Shown here: one piece after another, positions 14,203-26,800 of the stretch
Position numbering within the stretch: position 1 is the stretch's first letter
How the letters are laid out: each line of letters starts with the position of its first letter
Assembly (NCBI RefSeq): GCF_964355755.1
Contig: NC_092670.1
Span: 8,112,201-8,176,200 of the forward strand
DNA from: Antedon mediterranea
Taxonomy: Eukaryota > Animalia > Echinodermata
Length of the DNA: 64,000 bases
Direction of reading: 5' to 3'
Position numbers and translations under genes: made by a program
Notes under the pieces: model-generated
Database searches by the model: none
What the model saw: the letters and a program-made list of their open reading frames with translations, nothing else
Told to the model about the DNA's origin: nothing

Positions 14203-14880
14203 AACTTACATATTTCTTTTCACTCTGATTGTTAAAGCATTTGATTGAAAAGATGGAATTTCTCTATATAAAATATTGTGTTTTGGTAAAGATATGAGGC
14301 ACATATATTTTTTATTCTGTAGATGGATTCATGACAGAGAAATCAGTTAACTGAACATTTTGTTTAAGTTTTTCATATCTCCCTTTATTTTATGTTATTG
14401 TAAAGTGTATTGATTTTATGTATCGTATTCCTCGTTTTCGTCAGTCACAAAATAGTGTAATTATTATTTGTACAGTGTTACCGCTAGAATAGGCCTAAAT
14501 AGTAACAATCGGTAATATTACGTGTGTTTACTCGCTTTTGAAATCTTTTCAATGCAAATTAAAGAGAAATAATATCAAATTGTACCATTCTAAAAATATT
14601 AACAGTAAATATTCGTGCAACAACTTTTTAAACAAAATTAACTATGGCAACTACATTGTAAATTATTGCATCTCTAAATTATTTATGGAGTGCTACGATG
14701 ACATGACTGATCTATTATATTTAAGTTATTGAAATGTTATTTCAATGTGATTTCATTATAACAGTGTTTACAATGTTATAGGCTTTGATTTATTTTTATA
14801 TTTGCTTTCATTTTAATTACTTATATGTATGCAATCGTGTTTTCAATCAAATAGTTTATAGGCCAGTGTGTTTTGGAGTA

Positions 14881-15507
14881 TATCGCAAAAATAATAGCAG
14901 TTTGTACAGTAGGTCAGTGGTGTAGGAAAGAGTGGTATCGCACAAAATAATAGCAGTTTGTACAGTAGGTCAGTGGTGTAGGAAAGAGTGGTATCGCACA
15001 AAATAATAGCAGTTTGTACAGTAGGTCAGTGGTGTAGGAAAGAGTGGTATCGCACAAAATAATAGCAGTTTGTACAGTAGGTCAGTGGTGTAGGAAAGAG
15101 TGGTATCGCACAAAATAATAGCAGTTTGTACAGTAGGTCAGTGGTGTAGGAAAGAGTGGTATCGCACAAAATAATAGCAGTTTGTACAGTAGGTCAGTGG
15201 TGTAGGAAAGAGTGGTATCGCACAAAATAATAGCAGTTTGTACAGTAGGTCAGTGGTGTAGGAAAGAGTGGTATCGCACAAAATAATAGCAGTTTGTACA
15301 GTAGGTCAGTGGTGTAGGAAAGAGTGGTATCGCACAAAATAATAGCAGTTTGTACAGTAGGTCAGTGGTGTAGGAAAGAGTGGTATCGCACAAAATAATA
15401 GCAGTTTGTACAGTAGGTCAGTGGTGTAGGAAAGAGTGGTATCGCACAAAATAATAGCAGTTTGTACAGTAGGTCAGTGGTGTAGGAAAGAGTGGTATCG
15501 CACAAAA
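14881..15507. repeat. 56-bp tandem repeat, about 11 essentially identical copies
   Basis: Unit tatcgcacaaaataatagcagtttgtacagtaggtcagtggtgtaggaaagagtgg with no spacers. Confidence 0.95.
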
Positions 15508-16074
15508 TTCCAACAATGCAGAATTACCAATATATTTGGTTATGTAGTTTGCAATGTTTAATATCTCTGTTTCATTTGATTTAGTATAAAAGTGGAAATT
15601 ACAATAAAATGTTATGATTGCCTTATTTAAATTTAATGTTTCTTCATTTATTTATTTGACCAAAAAACAATAATGTAAAACAAAACTGAGGAGGAGAATC
15701 GGTCAGAACGGTAAAGCAAAGATTTATAATATTCAAAATCATCATATAAAACAAGGAAAAAAATCATTTAGCGATTTAGAGAAAGATTTATAATTGCCCA
15801 GAAGGACTCGGAGTCAATTGATGATAAAATATAAAGCACTGTCTACATAGCACTATCAACATTTTATGTGACAAAAAATGTGATGAGTGTGGACGTGATG
15901 ATGTCATATACCATATTTGGGCATTTCACTACCATATTTGGGCAAATCACACTCTTAGTTTGATAAGACAAAGCTATAGGAAGAGATTCAGAAACAGCTA
16001 ATTAATTTAATTCAAATTCAAACTGTTTATTGCAACAAGGTAAGCATTGTTATATTTACAAAATAACAACTACA

Positions 16075-16470
16075 ATTCATTTCGTCACTTTGACGAATTA
16101 TTTGTGATCATTGTGAAAAAACAATTTTACTGACGTTTCATTTTTTTAAAATAAACTATGAGCGCAAAACATTGATATATTCCATCCATGACCACCTGAT
16201 GCATAGGCCTACTATTATAGAGTGCTGCTATTAGTGTCGTATTTAATATATACAGTATATACGGTATATCTATATACAGTGTAGCATAGGTGAATACGTG
16301 ACCCACACTATGTTCTAATGTTTTGGTATGATGATGACAATTTCGGAAGATAATGATTTGAGCAAAAGATATAACTCTTTTAAAATGTGTATAACTTTGA
16401 CGAAAGACATGACAAAACTACATTTTAATTCAACAATTTTTATATGATTTCATATCTACATTTCAGCAGC
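16075..16470 (-). mobile_element. Helentron family-1 relative, 3' fragment
   Basis: ttcgtcactttgacgaa hairpin and internal homology to 1150-1670. Confidence 0.65.
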
Positions 16471-16635
16471 TTCACATTTTCCCAATTGGAAAAACTCGTA
16501 TCACCAACATGGCGGCCACCGGAGCACTTTTTGGTAGTGGTTCATCTCGGCCGGTTACAGAACGCGATATTGTATTGAGCGCCAAAAGTGCCCGTTATGA
16601 TAATGTAATAGTGACGACGTGTACAACACAGGCTT

Positions 16636-17072
16636 TAAAGTTAACGATGTTTTTATGATGTATTTATTTGGATTCGATAATAAAGTACAGTATTTGAGAG
16701 TGTCTCAAATAAAAATTTTAAACAGTTAGCCAGCTTTATATATAAAATAAATCGAATAGTACAATATGTTTTGTGTTTTAATGTTAATTAATACTTAATG
16801 AGTTACTATATTATTACAATGTATATACTGCTATATTATTATAATATAATTTCAAGTTAACGATGTTTTTATGATGTATTTATTTTGATTTGAAAATAAA
16901 ATACTGTATTTAAGAGTGTCACAAATAATATTTTTAAACAGTTAGCAGCTTTATATATAAAATAAATCGAATAGTACAATATATTTCGTTTTATGTTTAA
17001 ATGTGAATTAATACTGAATGAGTTACATTTATTACAGTAGAATGTATATACTGCTATATTATAATATAATTA
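16636..17072. repeat. About 218-bp tandem duplication
   Basis: Two diverged copies, each starting aagttaacgatgtttttatgatgtatt. Confidence 0.8.
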
Positions 17073-17599
17073 GTTTAATAAAAAACGAAATAAATGATTT
17101 AAAATGATATGTGTATCTTTGCGTTGATTCAATCTACTTAGAAAATGCAGTCAACACAACGGCATCAACAAAAAGCGTGCATACTTTCAATAAAACAAAT
17201 AATACTAATCCCCTATATTGTGCTAATCACAAACAAATCAAAGCAACAATATTGAATAAAAAGAAAGTATGTCTTTGTGATGACGCTTTGATTTCATTCA
17301 TTATAGAAACAATACATCATATAGGATAAATGGTCATTTGTCTTTGAGGCGCTTTGATTTAATGCATATAATAAAACAATAAAACACATAAGACAAAACA
17401 TAATGTTCGGTTGCTTTTCGTAAACCAAAATGTCGGAAGATGCGTAAATCAAAGGTAATTTTGTGTCAATAGTAAAAAGTGTCCTTTGCGAAAGGCACAC
17501 AATAGTTGCGCAAATAATTGTCTACTCTCTGTATAAAATGGGGGGTGCTAGTACGTACATGTTCACTTTCAAACTGATTTATCTTCGACTGCAACAAAA

Positions 17600-17839
17600 A
17601 TGAACGACTGTATCCAGTGTAGAGAACCTGTTAATCATCGCCAGGAGGCTGTTTTTTGCGAGGAGTGCCAACGATGGCAACATCGAACTTGCGGTACTGG
17701 TATAACACGTGCTGCCTATCTTGCTGGTATCCGCGACGGCTACATTGATTGGACGTGTAATGAATGTGTGCGACCTGTTGCAGAGGAACCTGCAGCCCAA
17801 CTAGATGTCTTTGTTGGATCGAGACCTTGGAGCATTTGA
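17600..17839 (+). CDS. Short PHD-finger ORF, probably the 5' remnant of a transposon gene
   Basis: C4HC3 pattern CIQC-x12-CEEC-x4-H-x2-C...WTCNEC; truncated shortly after the finger. Confidence 0.6.
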   Translation: MNDCIQCREPVNHRQEAVFCEECQRWQHRTCGTGITRAAYLAGIRDGYIDWTCNECVRPVAEEPAAQLDVFVGSRPWSI

Positions 17840-18778
17840 AGAGCCTGCAGTTGTTGAGGAACAAAACTTACCAAACCCATATCGAGTACCAAATCAATAA
17901 GAACAATAAAATCGCTGATCGCGTCAGAATATTATTTAGCTGTTTTTGTTTTTTTTTGTTGCTATTTTGAAATTTCCTGTCACTTTAAGGACCCTAATAG
18001 AAATTATTTCCTTTTGTAATGATGAATTGGGTCGTCCTAAATATATTTTGATTTTTTCTAAAGCCTCATTACAATTTTGTTTTGGTTATTAGTGCGTTGT
18101 GTTCCTTATCAGTTGATCTTTATATCAGTGGTGCTTAATTAACCATGCAGGGCGTACCATTGGGATGTAAGTTTTAATAGAATGAGATACACAAAATGAC
18201 ACAAAATGACTAAAGAAAATACTATTATTAATAGCAGTAATAGTAGTATTAATACTACTATTATTTCTTATATAACTTTATACATCTCTATGCAGTTATT
18301 AACATTGAATTACTTAATTTACTGTTATGTATATTTTCAGCATTTAAAATAATGATAAAGTTAAAACTATAAATTAGTTATAATGTTTCATTCTGTTTTT
18401 TAGTCACGGCTTGTAACAATATTTTCTGCGCCAGCGACTATTAATTGGTTTAATTGAACTTTGGTTTCCATTGATTTTGTTACCCTCATTTTTAAAATCT
18501 TTTGTTTAATTAAATTCTTGACTACGTCACGTCCACATGTAGATTTTCAATAGTCTCGGCCAATCAAAGTACAGTAGTACGAAAGCCCATTAATGCCATT
18601 TGAAGTATATGTTTTTCGAACGTAATCCGTTATAACGAATTAGTAATTCGTTTGAACGGATTAATAATCTGTTCAAACGAATTAGTAATCCGTTCAAACG
18701 AATTGCAACATATACAACAAGTGCCATTTAAATCTTTCGTTTTTTGATTATTTTTCTTTGTCTTTTTGTTTCAATTTA

Positions 18779-18898
18779 AAACAAGGCCATATAGATGGCT
18801 GCAGTCGCGTGCTCAAGTTAGTGTTTATGACCAACCGACCGACCAACCGACGGACCGACATAGTGAGTTGTAGAGTCGCGCTGCACGCGACTAAAAAC
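18779..18898 (-). mobile_element. Helentron-type element, family 2
   Basis: aacaaggccatatagatggctgcagtcgcgtgc...agtcgcgctgcacgcgactaaaaa. Confidence 0.65.
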
Positions 18899-19083
18899 TT
18901 CAGTTCCTGTTTTACTACGGAGGTTGGAGAAAACGTTTGAAAATGTATTCGTACGTTCATGAAAAGCGGAATAATATCTAATTTTTTCTACATATGCAAA
19001 ACGTTCAGCGTACATTCGAACACTGTAGCCTACCTTTTAAAATTATTGTAACAATTGGTAACGTAACAAAAGTCAACCACTAA

Positions 19084-19262
19084 AGCTTGGTTCCCACTAG
19101 AACGTAACGCAAGGACGTAAACGCAACGCAAGCGTTTTAACCAATGACAAGCGAAGTTATAGACAGTTAGCAATCACAAGCGAATAAGCCATCGCTTGTG
19201 ATTGGTCAATTCACTTGCGTTGCGTTACGTCCTTGCGTTGCGTCGCTAGTGGGAACCACGCT
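19084..19262. mobile_element. PIF/Harbinger MITE
   Basis: TAA target duplication (19081-83, 19263-65); long imperfect TIRs agcttggttcccactag / ctagtgggaaccacgct. Confidence 0.8.
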
Positions 19263-19722
19263 TAAAGTAAAAACAGTACTTGTGTGTGTGTCTATTTTCT
19301 ATTATTTGTTTCTTCTGTTGGATATTAATGGTGCTAAATCTTTTACATGAACGGAAGATGGAATCGTATTAATAGTAATAAAAGAGTATGCAAATTATGA
19401 TGAATACTTTCGTTTGTCCCTTTTATTCAGATAATATTAGAACTAAATATATGATTTCCTTTAATTCAAATAACACAAATTGAAATATATTTATCGTTTT
19501 AATTTAGACGTTCTAAAAGGAAAGCATGATGGTCAAATGAACAATGTGTAAGTTTATTTGTAGTTATTTGAATTACTGAAACAAATTGTAATACAGTAAT
19601 TCGTATTAAAAATATATAATTTGCTATTTACCACTTTCAGCTGAATATGCCTCACTTTAGTCAAATGAACAATGTGTAAGTTTATTTGTAATTATTTGAA
19701 TTACTGAAACAAATTGTAATAC

Positions 19723-20040
19723 TTCTTCTTCTCTAGACTTCTGGTCAATGGCATTTATACAGCACATAGGCCAGAGGCCCGAAGTACATATTATTATATT
19801 ATTTACAAAAATTAGATGCAGAAAGAAATATTTCTTTTTTTAATTCACAAAAAATGTATTTAGACATATTTTCCAGTGATATTTCTGGAAGCCATTAAAA
19901 TAATGAACTTACTTTCAGAAGGGAAATTATAAAACTAAACTGGTAATAACTCATGACGTAACTTATTTAGAATGGACAAATTAACAGAAAGTGATATTCA
20001 TCATCTATGTTATTGCTATGACTTAATTTATATATTCTAT
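19723..20040 (-). mobile_element. 5'-truncated LINE 3' end
   Basis: Minus strand encodes IDDEYHFLLICPF (non-LTR C-terminal Zn motif) and ends in (GAA)n; it interrupts the second copy of a local duplication of about 130 bp. Confidence 0.65.
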
Positions 20041-20244
20041 AGTAATTCGTATTAAAAATACATAATTTGCTTTTTACCACTTTCAGCTGAATATGCCTCA
20101 CTTTTTATTGAGGGTAAGTGTTCAATTAAAACAGATCAGATAATAATTTAAAAGTTATATTGTTCTGTTTCAAAACAAATTGACTTAATATATAATAGTC
20201 AATTAACACAACCTTTACAATTATACACAAATATTTTTTTGAAA

Positions 20245-20535
20245 AAGTAGAATTTCAAAAGTATTATAAAGGCGTGTATCCTACTGTATTATGCAATTTC
20301 TATTGTAGTGTTCAATCAAGTCCACCCAATTTCATCGCCACGCCACTCTAACAATTGTTTTATGTTATTGTCCCGGTGGGTGCATTACAATCAATTAGTA
20401 AAATAATCTAATTTGCATATACAGTCTCAGCCAATTACATGTCCTGCCGGTCTTGCTGAAGACTTCTTTTCCTCCCATTCCATTAATAGGCAGCAAGTGG
20501 ATGACTGATGAGAGACGATAATTAGGTAGGTAGTT
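20245..20535 (+). promoter_or_regulatory. Candidate promoter plus short 5' exon for ZNF locus 5
   Basis: Homologous to 11830-12175; CCACGCCA, octamer ATTTGCAT (20411), CCAAT (20431), donor-like TAG|GTAGGT. Confidence 0.4.
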
Positions 20536-21423
20536 AGGGTTGCCACGTTTAAACTTTTATACATTAATTGTTGCCCTTCCAAGTTTTTACGAATTGTTGT
20601 GTTTGCCTAAATTGTCTATACTCTACACCCATTTCTGTTGTTTTCTTTTTCTCCTTACTTTTTGAAAAGTTTACTTGTGTTCAACATTCTAAATACTATT
20701 AGCAGCATAAATATTGAGGTACTCAATTGAGGGACTGTGTATTAGCAAAGGAAAAGAGGAGTTTTTTATGATTCGTACACGTTTAAATATTTTAGATGTA
20801 TTCACTATTTCTTTCAATTGAGGCAATCACGGTGTATAATGTTACATGTATGTATTTGGACCATGTTTCTTACGACGATACGAGAACTAAACAGTACTGT
20901 ATAGATTAAAAACAGGTTTTCCGATTCCCTATACATTTTCAATTTAAATATAAATTATTCCAATTTTTAAATAATAGCGGAACCAGAAGGCAGGATATAA
21001 AAGTTGTAAAATGAAGTGAAGTGTCCAATATTTTACATTAAAATTGAGGGGTGTGGGGTTTCCCCTTCCTTCTGGATCCATGACGTGAAAAGTTACCCAC
21101 TGCGTCCGTTCTTCGATTCTTTCTGCACAGCTTTACCTCAGGCGACTGGTGGATGTTGTTACATCTCCCTGGTTAAATGTACTAATGGGAACTTTTCCAT
21201 TTTGATCCACGTGTACCAGTACGTGTACTGAAAAATACAGGGTTTATTATTTCTATTCTTTTTATATTCTTTTTCTTTCAAATTTTTATTTTAGATATAT
21301 GTGGAGAACGACGATTGAAATTTGACTTTATTGATAAACAAAAACTAATTGATCAAGTAAAAAAGAGGAAAACCAACATGAAGTACAAATGTGAACACTG
21401 TGGAGATAAATTAGTTAAGTGAT

Positions 21424-22470
21424 TTGAAGGAACATTTAGGAATACATGTGCATTTTAAAGAGTTAAAATGTGAAGACTACGAGCATTTTCAACTACATGA
21501 TCAAAAACGAAAAGAAATTGAGAATTTGGAAATACACACCACCGAAGAAACTTCATTTGAAAATTTTGGGAATAAAGAAAACGAGAATTTAGGAATATGC
21601 ACCGATGAAAAAACTTCGTATGAATGTGAACATTGTGGAATGCAATTTAACAAAATTGATGTTTTAAATAAACATTTGAAAATACACACAAGCGAGACAC
21701 CATATGAATGTGAACATTGTGGAAAAAAATTTAAACAGAATGCTAATTTCAAAAAACATTTGAGAATTCACACAGGAGAAACACCATATGAATGTGAACA
21801 TTGTAGGAAGAAATTTAGCTGCAGTCAGAATTTGAATAAACATTTGAGAGTACACACAGGAGAAACACCATATGAATGTGAACATTGTGGAAGAAAATTT
21901 AAACAAAGTGGAGAATTAAAAGTACACGTTAGATCTCACACGGGAGAGACGCCATTTGAATGTGAACAATGTGGTAAGAAATTCAAAGCTAATGCAAATT
22001 TGAAAGATCATTTTAGAGTACATACAGAAGAGACGCCATATGAATGTATATTTTGTACAAAGAAATTTAAGTCTAATGGGTCTTTAAACTCACATTTGAA
22101 ATTACACACAGGAAACTTACCATATGAATGTGAACAATGTGGGAGGAAATGTGCCTCTAATGGAATATTAAAAAAACATTTGAGAATTCACAGAGAAGAG
22201 AGACCATATGAATGTGAACATTGTGGGAAGACATTTAAAACAAATGAAGGATTAAAATCACATTTGAAAACACATGGAGAGCCACGGTATAAATGCGAAT
22301 ATTGTGGAGTGAAATACCAAGATAAAAGGTGCTTCCAAATGCATTTGGAAAGACACACAATAGGGAATGAATGGGAAGATTATATTATCAAATCCAATTG
22401 CAATGATATGTTTAACTTACGCACAGAAGAGACATCGCATGGTAACATTTATAACTTGCATACATTTTAA
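21424..22470 (+). CDS. C2H2 ZNF locus 5, nine intact diverse fingers
   Basis: 348-aa open frame. The homologous ATG (MKYKCEHCG, 21378) is frameshifted relative to it, so the ORF starts at TTG and may be a young pseudogene or an assembly error. Confidence 0.7.
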   Translation: MKEHLGIHVHFKELKCEDYEHFQLHDQKRKEIENLEIHTTEETSFENFGNKENENLGICTDEKTSYECEHCGMQFNKIDVLNKHLKIHTSETPYECEHCGKKFKQNANFKKHLRIHTGETPYECEHCRKKFSCSQNLNKHLRVHTGETPYECEHCGRKFKQSGELKVHVRSHTGETPFECEQCGKKFKANANLKDHFRVHTEETPYECIFCTKKFKSNGSLNSHLKLHTGNLPYECEQCGRKCASNGILKKHLRIHREERPYECEHCGKTFKTNEGLKSHLKTHGEPRYKCEYCGVKYQDKRCFQMHLERHTIGNEWEDYIIKSNCNDMFNLRTEETSHGNIYNLHTF

Positions 22471-23891
22471 ATAACATGTGAGAATACACACAGGAGAGCC
22501 GAACATTGTGTACACAATGTGTAATGTCTCTATTTTAATTTTACAGCGAATAATATTAAGATACCAGTGCATTTTAGAATAACAGAAGAAATTGAGCGTT
22601 ATTTATTTTTTCCATTAAAAGTATTTTTCTTGTATTAAATAAGTTTTAATTTGATTGGCCTTGATTGATTTCTTGTAGGAAAGAACATCTATGAATTTTA
22701 CATCATTTTTAGGAGGTTGATGTTATGACATATATGTCATAGGTTTTAAACGAATAATACTGCTTTTTAATAAGTGTCAATTTTATCATACAATGTAAAT
22801 ACTGTACGTTGTATTACTATTTCAAATCGTTTTGTTTAATATCTGCTTCTTTTTTGTTATGTTTGCCCATTTTTGAGCAACAGTAGTTTTGGCCAATCAC
22901 AAAACAGTACAAGTTCTTACCGTACAGTGTGTACTGTATGAAATCGCACACAATTTCAATACTGGTATGTTATGTACCGTACTGTATTTGTTAAGTTATG
23001 TTGTTGTGAAGTGTTGGACTTAAACCACACAAAATGATTCATTTTCGTTCTATTGTATATAGCTTTGGTTTTTATTATTTATTGTTCTAATGTTGTGGCT
23101 GTAACGCTTAACCCTCTACTACAATAAATTGAAGATGTCCTATACCATTCTCTATTTGCCTTTACTAATCGCACCGATTTTTCTTTACGATAGCTAAATG
23201 TGTTAAAATAATATTACACAAAAGACAACACAGGCACACTTAAGTTATGTCGTTATTGCTATTTTAATTATATTTAATTTGGTATATGATGCAAAGGCAA
23301 AGTTATTCTTTATTTGCTACTTAAATTTAAAGTTACAATATTCATCACTGATCACTCAGTAGAAATTGTTATTTTCATTTGCAAGCTTGCATTAAACCTT
23401 AAGAAATAACATTTTCATAAATAGGCATAAAGACATTTTTATAAAATTTCTTAATTTAAAACAATAAAAGGCGTAGGCCTATAATTGAAAAAAGAATGAG
23501 GCCTAAAATAGATTTTTTTTTTAATAATTAGGCTATAACATAGAAGAAATGTTTTTCCGATGGCTGACGGCTAGTGACAATGAATTGAGACGGATCGCCA
23601 ACTTGGTCGGTGTTCAGTAAGTTGATATAAGTAGGCCTAGTCCTGGTCCTGGTTTCCGAGCACTTTTCTATTTTTCCTTGCATTCTAGTAAAATTTTAGA
23701 AATAATATACAGTAGGCCTATATAGGCTCCTACAAAACGAAAATTATTATGAACAGAATAAATTATTCAAATGAAGAAACTCTTTGAATCTTACTATAAG
23801 TTCATTTAAATCTAAACTACTAGTAGTATTCGGTTGACGTTGATTAATTCCATTGACGCCTCATGTTTGCAAGATAAAATAGGCCTATATT

Positions 23892-26800
23892 TACGGGGCG
23901 CCGTATGGGACAATGCTAATTTTGTCGAAATATTACAATTTTGTCTACACATAATTAATTTTGTCAATACAAAATTCATTTTGTCAACACAAAATTCATT
24001 TTGTATTCACAAAATTCATTTTATGTTGACAAAATTTATTCTGTGTGGACAAAATTCATTTTGTCTCGACAAAATTCATTCTGTGTAAACAAAATTCATT
24101 CTGTGTAGACAAAATTAATTCTGTGTTGACAAAATTAATTCTGTGTAGACAAAATTCATTCTGTAACGACAAAATTCATTTTGTGGCGACAAAATTCATT
24201 CTGTAACGACAAAATTCATTTTGTGTAGACAAAATTAATTCTGTGTAGACAAAATTAATTCTGTGTGGACAAAATTCATTTTGTGGCGACAAAATGTATT
24301 CTGTGTAGACAAAATTTATTCTGTGTAGACAAAATTCATTCTGTGTAGACAAAATTTATTTTGTTGCGACAAAATTTATTTTGTCGCGACAAAATAAATT
24401 TTGTTAGCCGAGCCTACTAAAGCGTGGGACAAAACGTTTTAACATTTAAATTAGAAGGCGGGGTTGTTATTGGAAACTCGAAGATTGACAGTTATAGGCC
24501 TACGATCAAACAGCTCGCGAATATCATTTTACGACCTCCTCTACACCGGTGAACTTGAATACTTTGCGTCGAGTATAAGTACAGTTTATACTGACGTATA
24601 ACAATATTATTGTATACTTAAAATTAATTCCGATTCAGCAAAACGGAACACGTAGCCCTCCCGGGTAGCCCTATATGCCTACCAATTTTGGTAATAAATA
24701 TTAAAGATGGTTGAAGATTTATATCGATACCGATAATATTGATAAAGAAAATGACAACACTATTTACGATAACATCTGATAAGTTGAGTAGTAATGAAAT
24801 GATTTTAGTTAATACATTTATTTTAATATAATAGTTAGTATAGGCCTATTTATTCTTATGGGAATTGCGTCGTCTATATAGGCCTACCAAGTTTATTTGA
24901 TAGGAATACTAAATTGCTAATAGGCCTAACTCAAGGGAACAAAACTATGATATATCTCTTAAGACATATTAATTGTCTCTAATTGGAATATTAGAGATAT
25001 CTTTATTGAAAAGATATCTTGGTTATAACAGGGATATATCTCTATTGGAACCTAAGATCTATATTGTAAACTATAACTACATCTATTAAAAACTAAGATA
25101 TTTTAGTTGCCTAAATAAATGACAGTTTGGTACGCCATAGATTATGATATTGCAAATTGTCGTTAAAAAGTTAAATTTAATTTCAAATTTAGTTTAACTA
25201 TTAATTTTACTCTCGGTTGCATATTATTATATATTTACACCCTCGAAAGATATAATTCAACTTTGACCAAATAGTTATATGGGTGTTCACAATACTGACA
25301 TATGGCGCCACTCAAGTATCCATTCCCATGGCAGTGTATATAATCTTTCCACCTTCTCCATGATTGATTTTATTTATTATACATTGCTAATTGCAAATAA
25401 TTGTTTATAGGTTTACATTGTTCTTTGTACTTTTAATGTACGTATTCAGTCTTTGCCTGGCTTGATAAGATTGATGTTAAATAAAAATGCATTTTCCACT
25501 AATAAAATATGGAGTTGTATCAAGAAAGTATTGTAATTTCGGGCAGAATGGTTTTCGGTCTGGAAAGGTCATTATTACACTGTCTGGGGTGTTGATGTAC
25601 ATCTAATGTTTGAAGCTTTACCTGAAGAGGTCCTAGACAACTTGCGTAATCTTGGAGAAGCCCAGACCCTCAGTCAAACCAGAATGGTTTTCGGTCTGGA
25701 AAGGTCATTATTACACTGTCTGGGGTGGGTGTCACGAAACCTCAGACCACGAAAGCTAAGACCCCTAAGACCTAAGATCACGAAAGCTAAGACCCAAGAC
25801 CTAAGATTACAAATTCTAAGATATACTACAGCTTAAAAACAATACTTGTTTATCCATACATAATTTTTAACACAGAGGTTTTATTTATTACCATAAATAT
25901 AATTTAATACTACCGCAAAACACAGATAAACTCACATTATTTTCGCCCGTTGAGTAAATGTACATTTTTTCTTTACAACAAACAAACTTGACGGGTTGTT
26001 TGTTGGTATATATTTACTCCAATGTGTTGGTTCAGAGGATGTTTTTCTTACGCACTGCCTTTCTTGTATTTTGACTCCAAATTTGTTTACTAACTTTATC
26101 CTGAATACCACACTTTAAAATTAGGACTTATAAGTACTTTCAGAAGGAGAAACACATAACAACAAATAAATAAATCCTTTAATTGATGATTTTACAGACG
26201 TGTTTCTTTGTATACTGTAATGTAACTCCTCGAGCTCCCCATGCTCAATGTTTTTGTTTCTATGGAGCGCCAAAAGAGCAACAATAATAGTACAAGTATA
26301 AAAACAGAAAGAAAACGAAACAAAAAAACTTATCATGATTTTTAAGTTAAAATTTATTTGCCAGTATTTATTTCTTCGTACTTGCATGATTATACTATTA
26401 TCATTACAATTTTAATTTTACATTGTTCCATCCACACACTGTAGATGGACTCGCTCCACAGAGTTTTCAGCCCTCTATATAATTTTTGCTCTTTTGACGT
26501 TCCATAGAAACAAAAACATTGAACATGGGGTAGGCCTACCAGTGTACTGTAGGCTAGTCATTTTGTGTGCGAGAAAAACGTCTGTAAAATCATCAATTTA
26601 AAAATGTATTTCTTACTTTTTATGTGATTCTTTTTCATGAAAGTGCCAATTCTAAGGTCTGGTATTCAGAATAAATGCTGGGAGTTAAAATACAAGGCAG
26701 GTGCGAAAGATAAATATTTGTAATCTTAGGTCTTGGGTCTAATAGCTTTCGTGATCTTAGCCTAGGTCTTAGGGGATCTTAGCTTTCGTGGTCTTAGGTT

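Noticed and set aside
14881-15507. CRISPR array
   Set aside because: Head-to-tail identical units with no unique spacers, no cas genes, eukaryotic context.
23834-24088. Short ORFs in foldback arms (also 51327, 58078, 58272)
   Set aside because: Derived from the 20-bp minisatellite.
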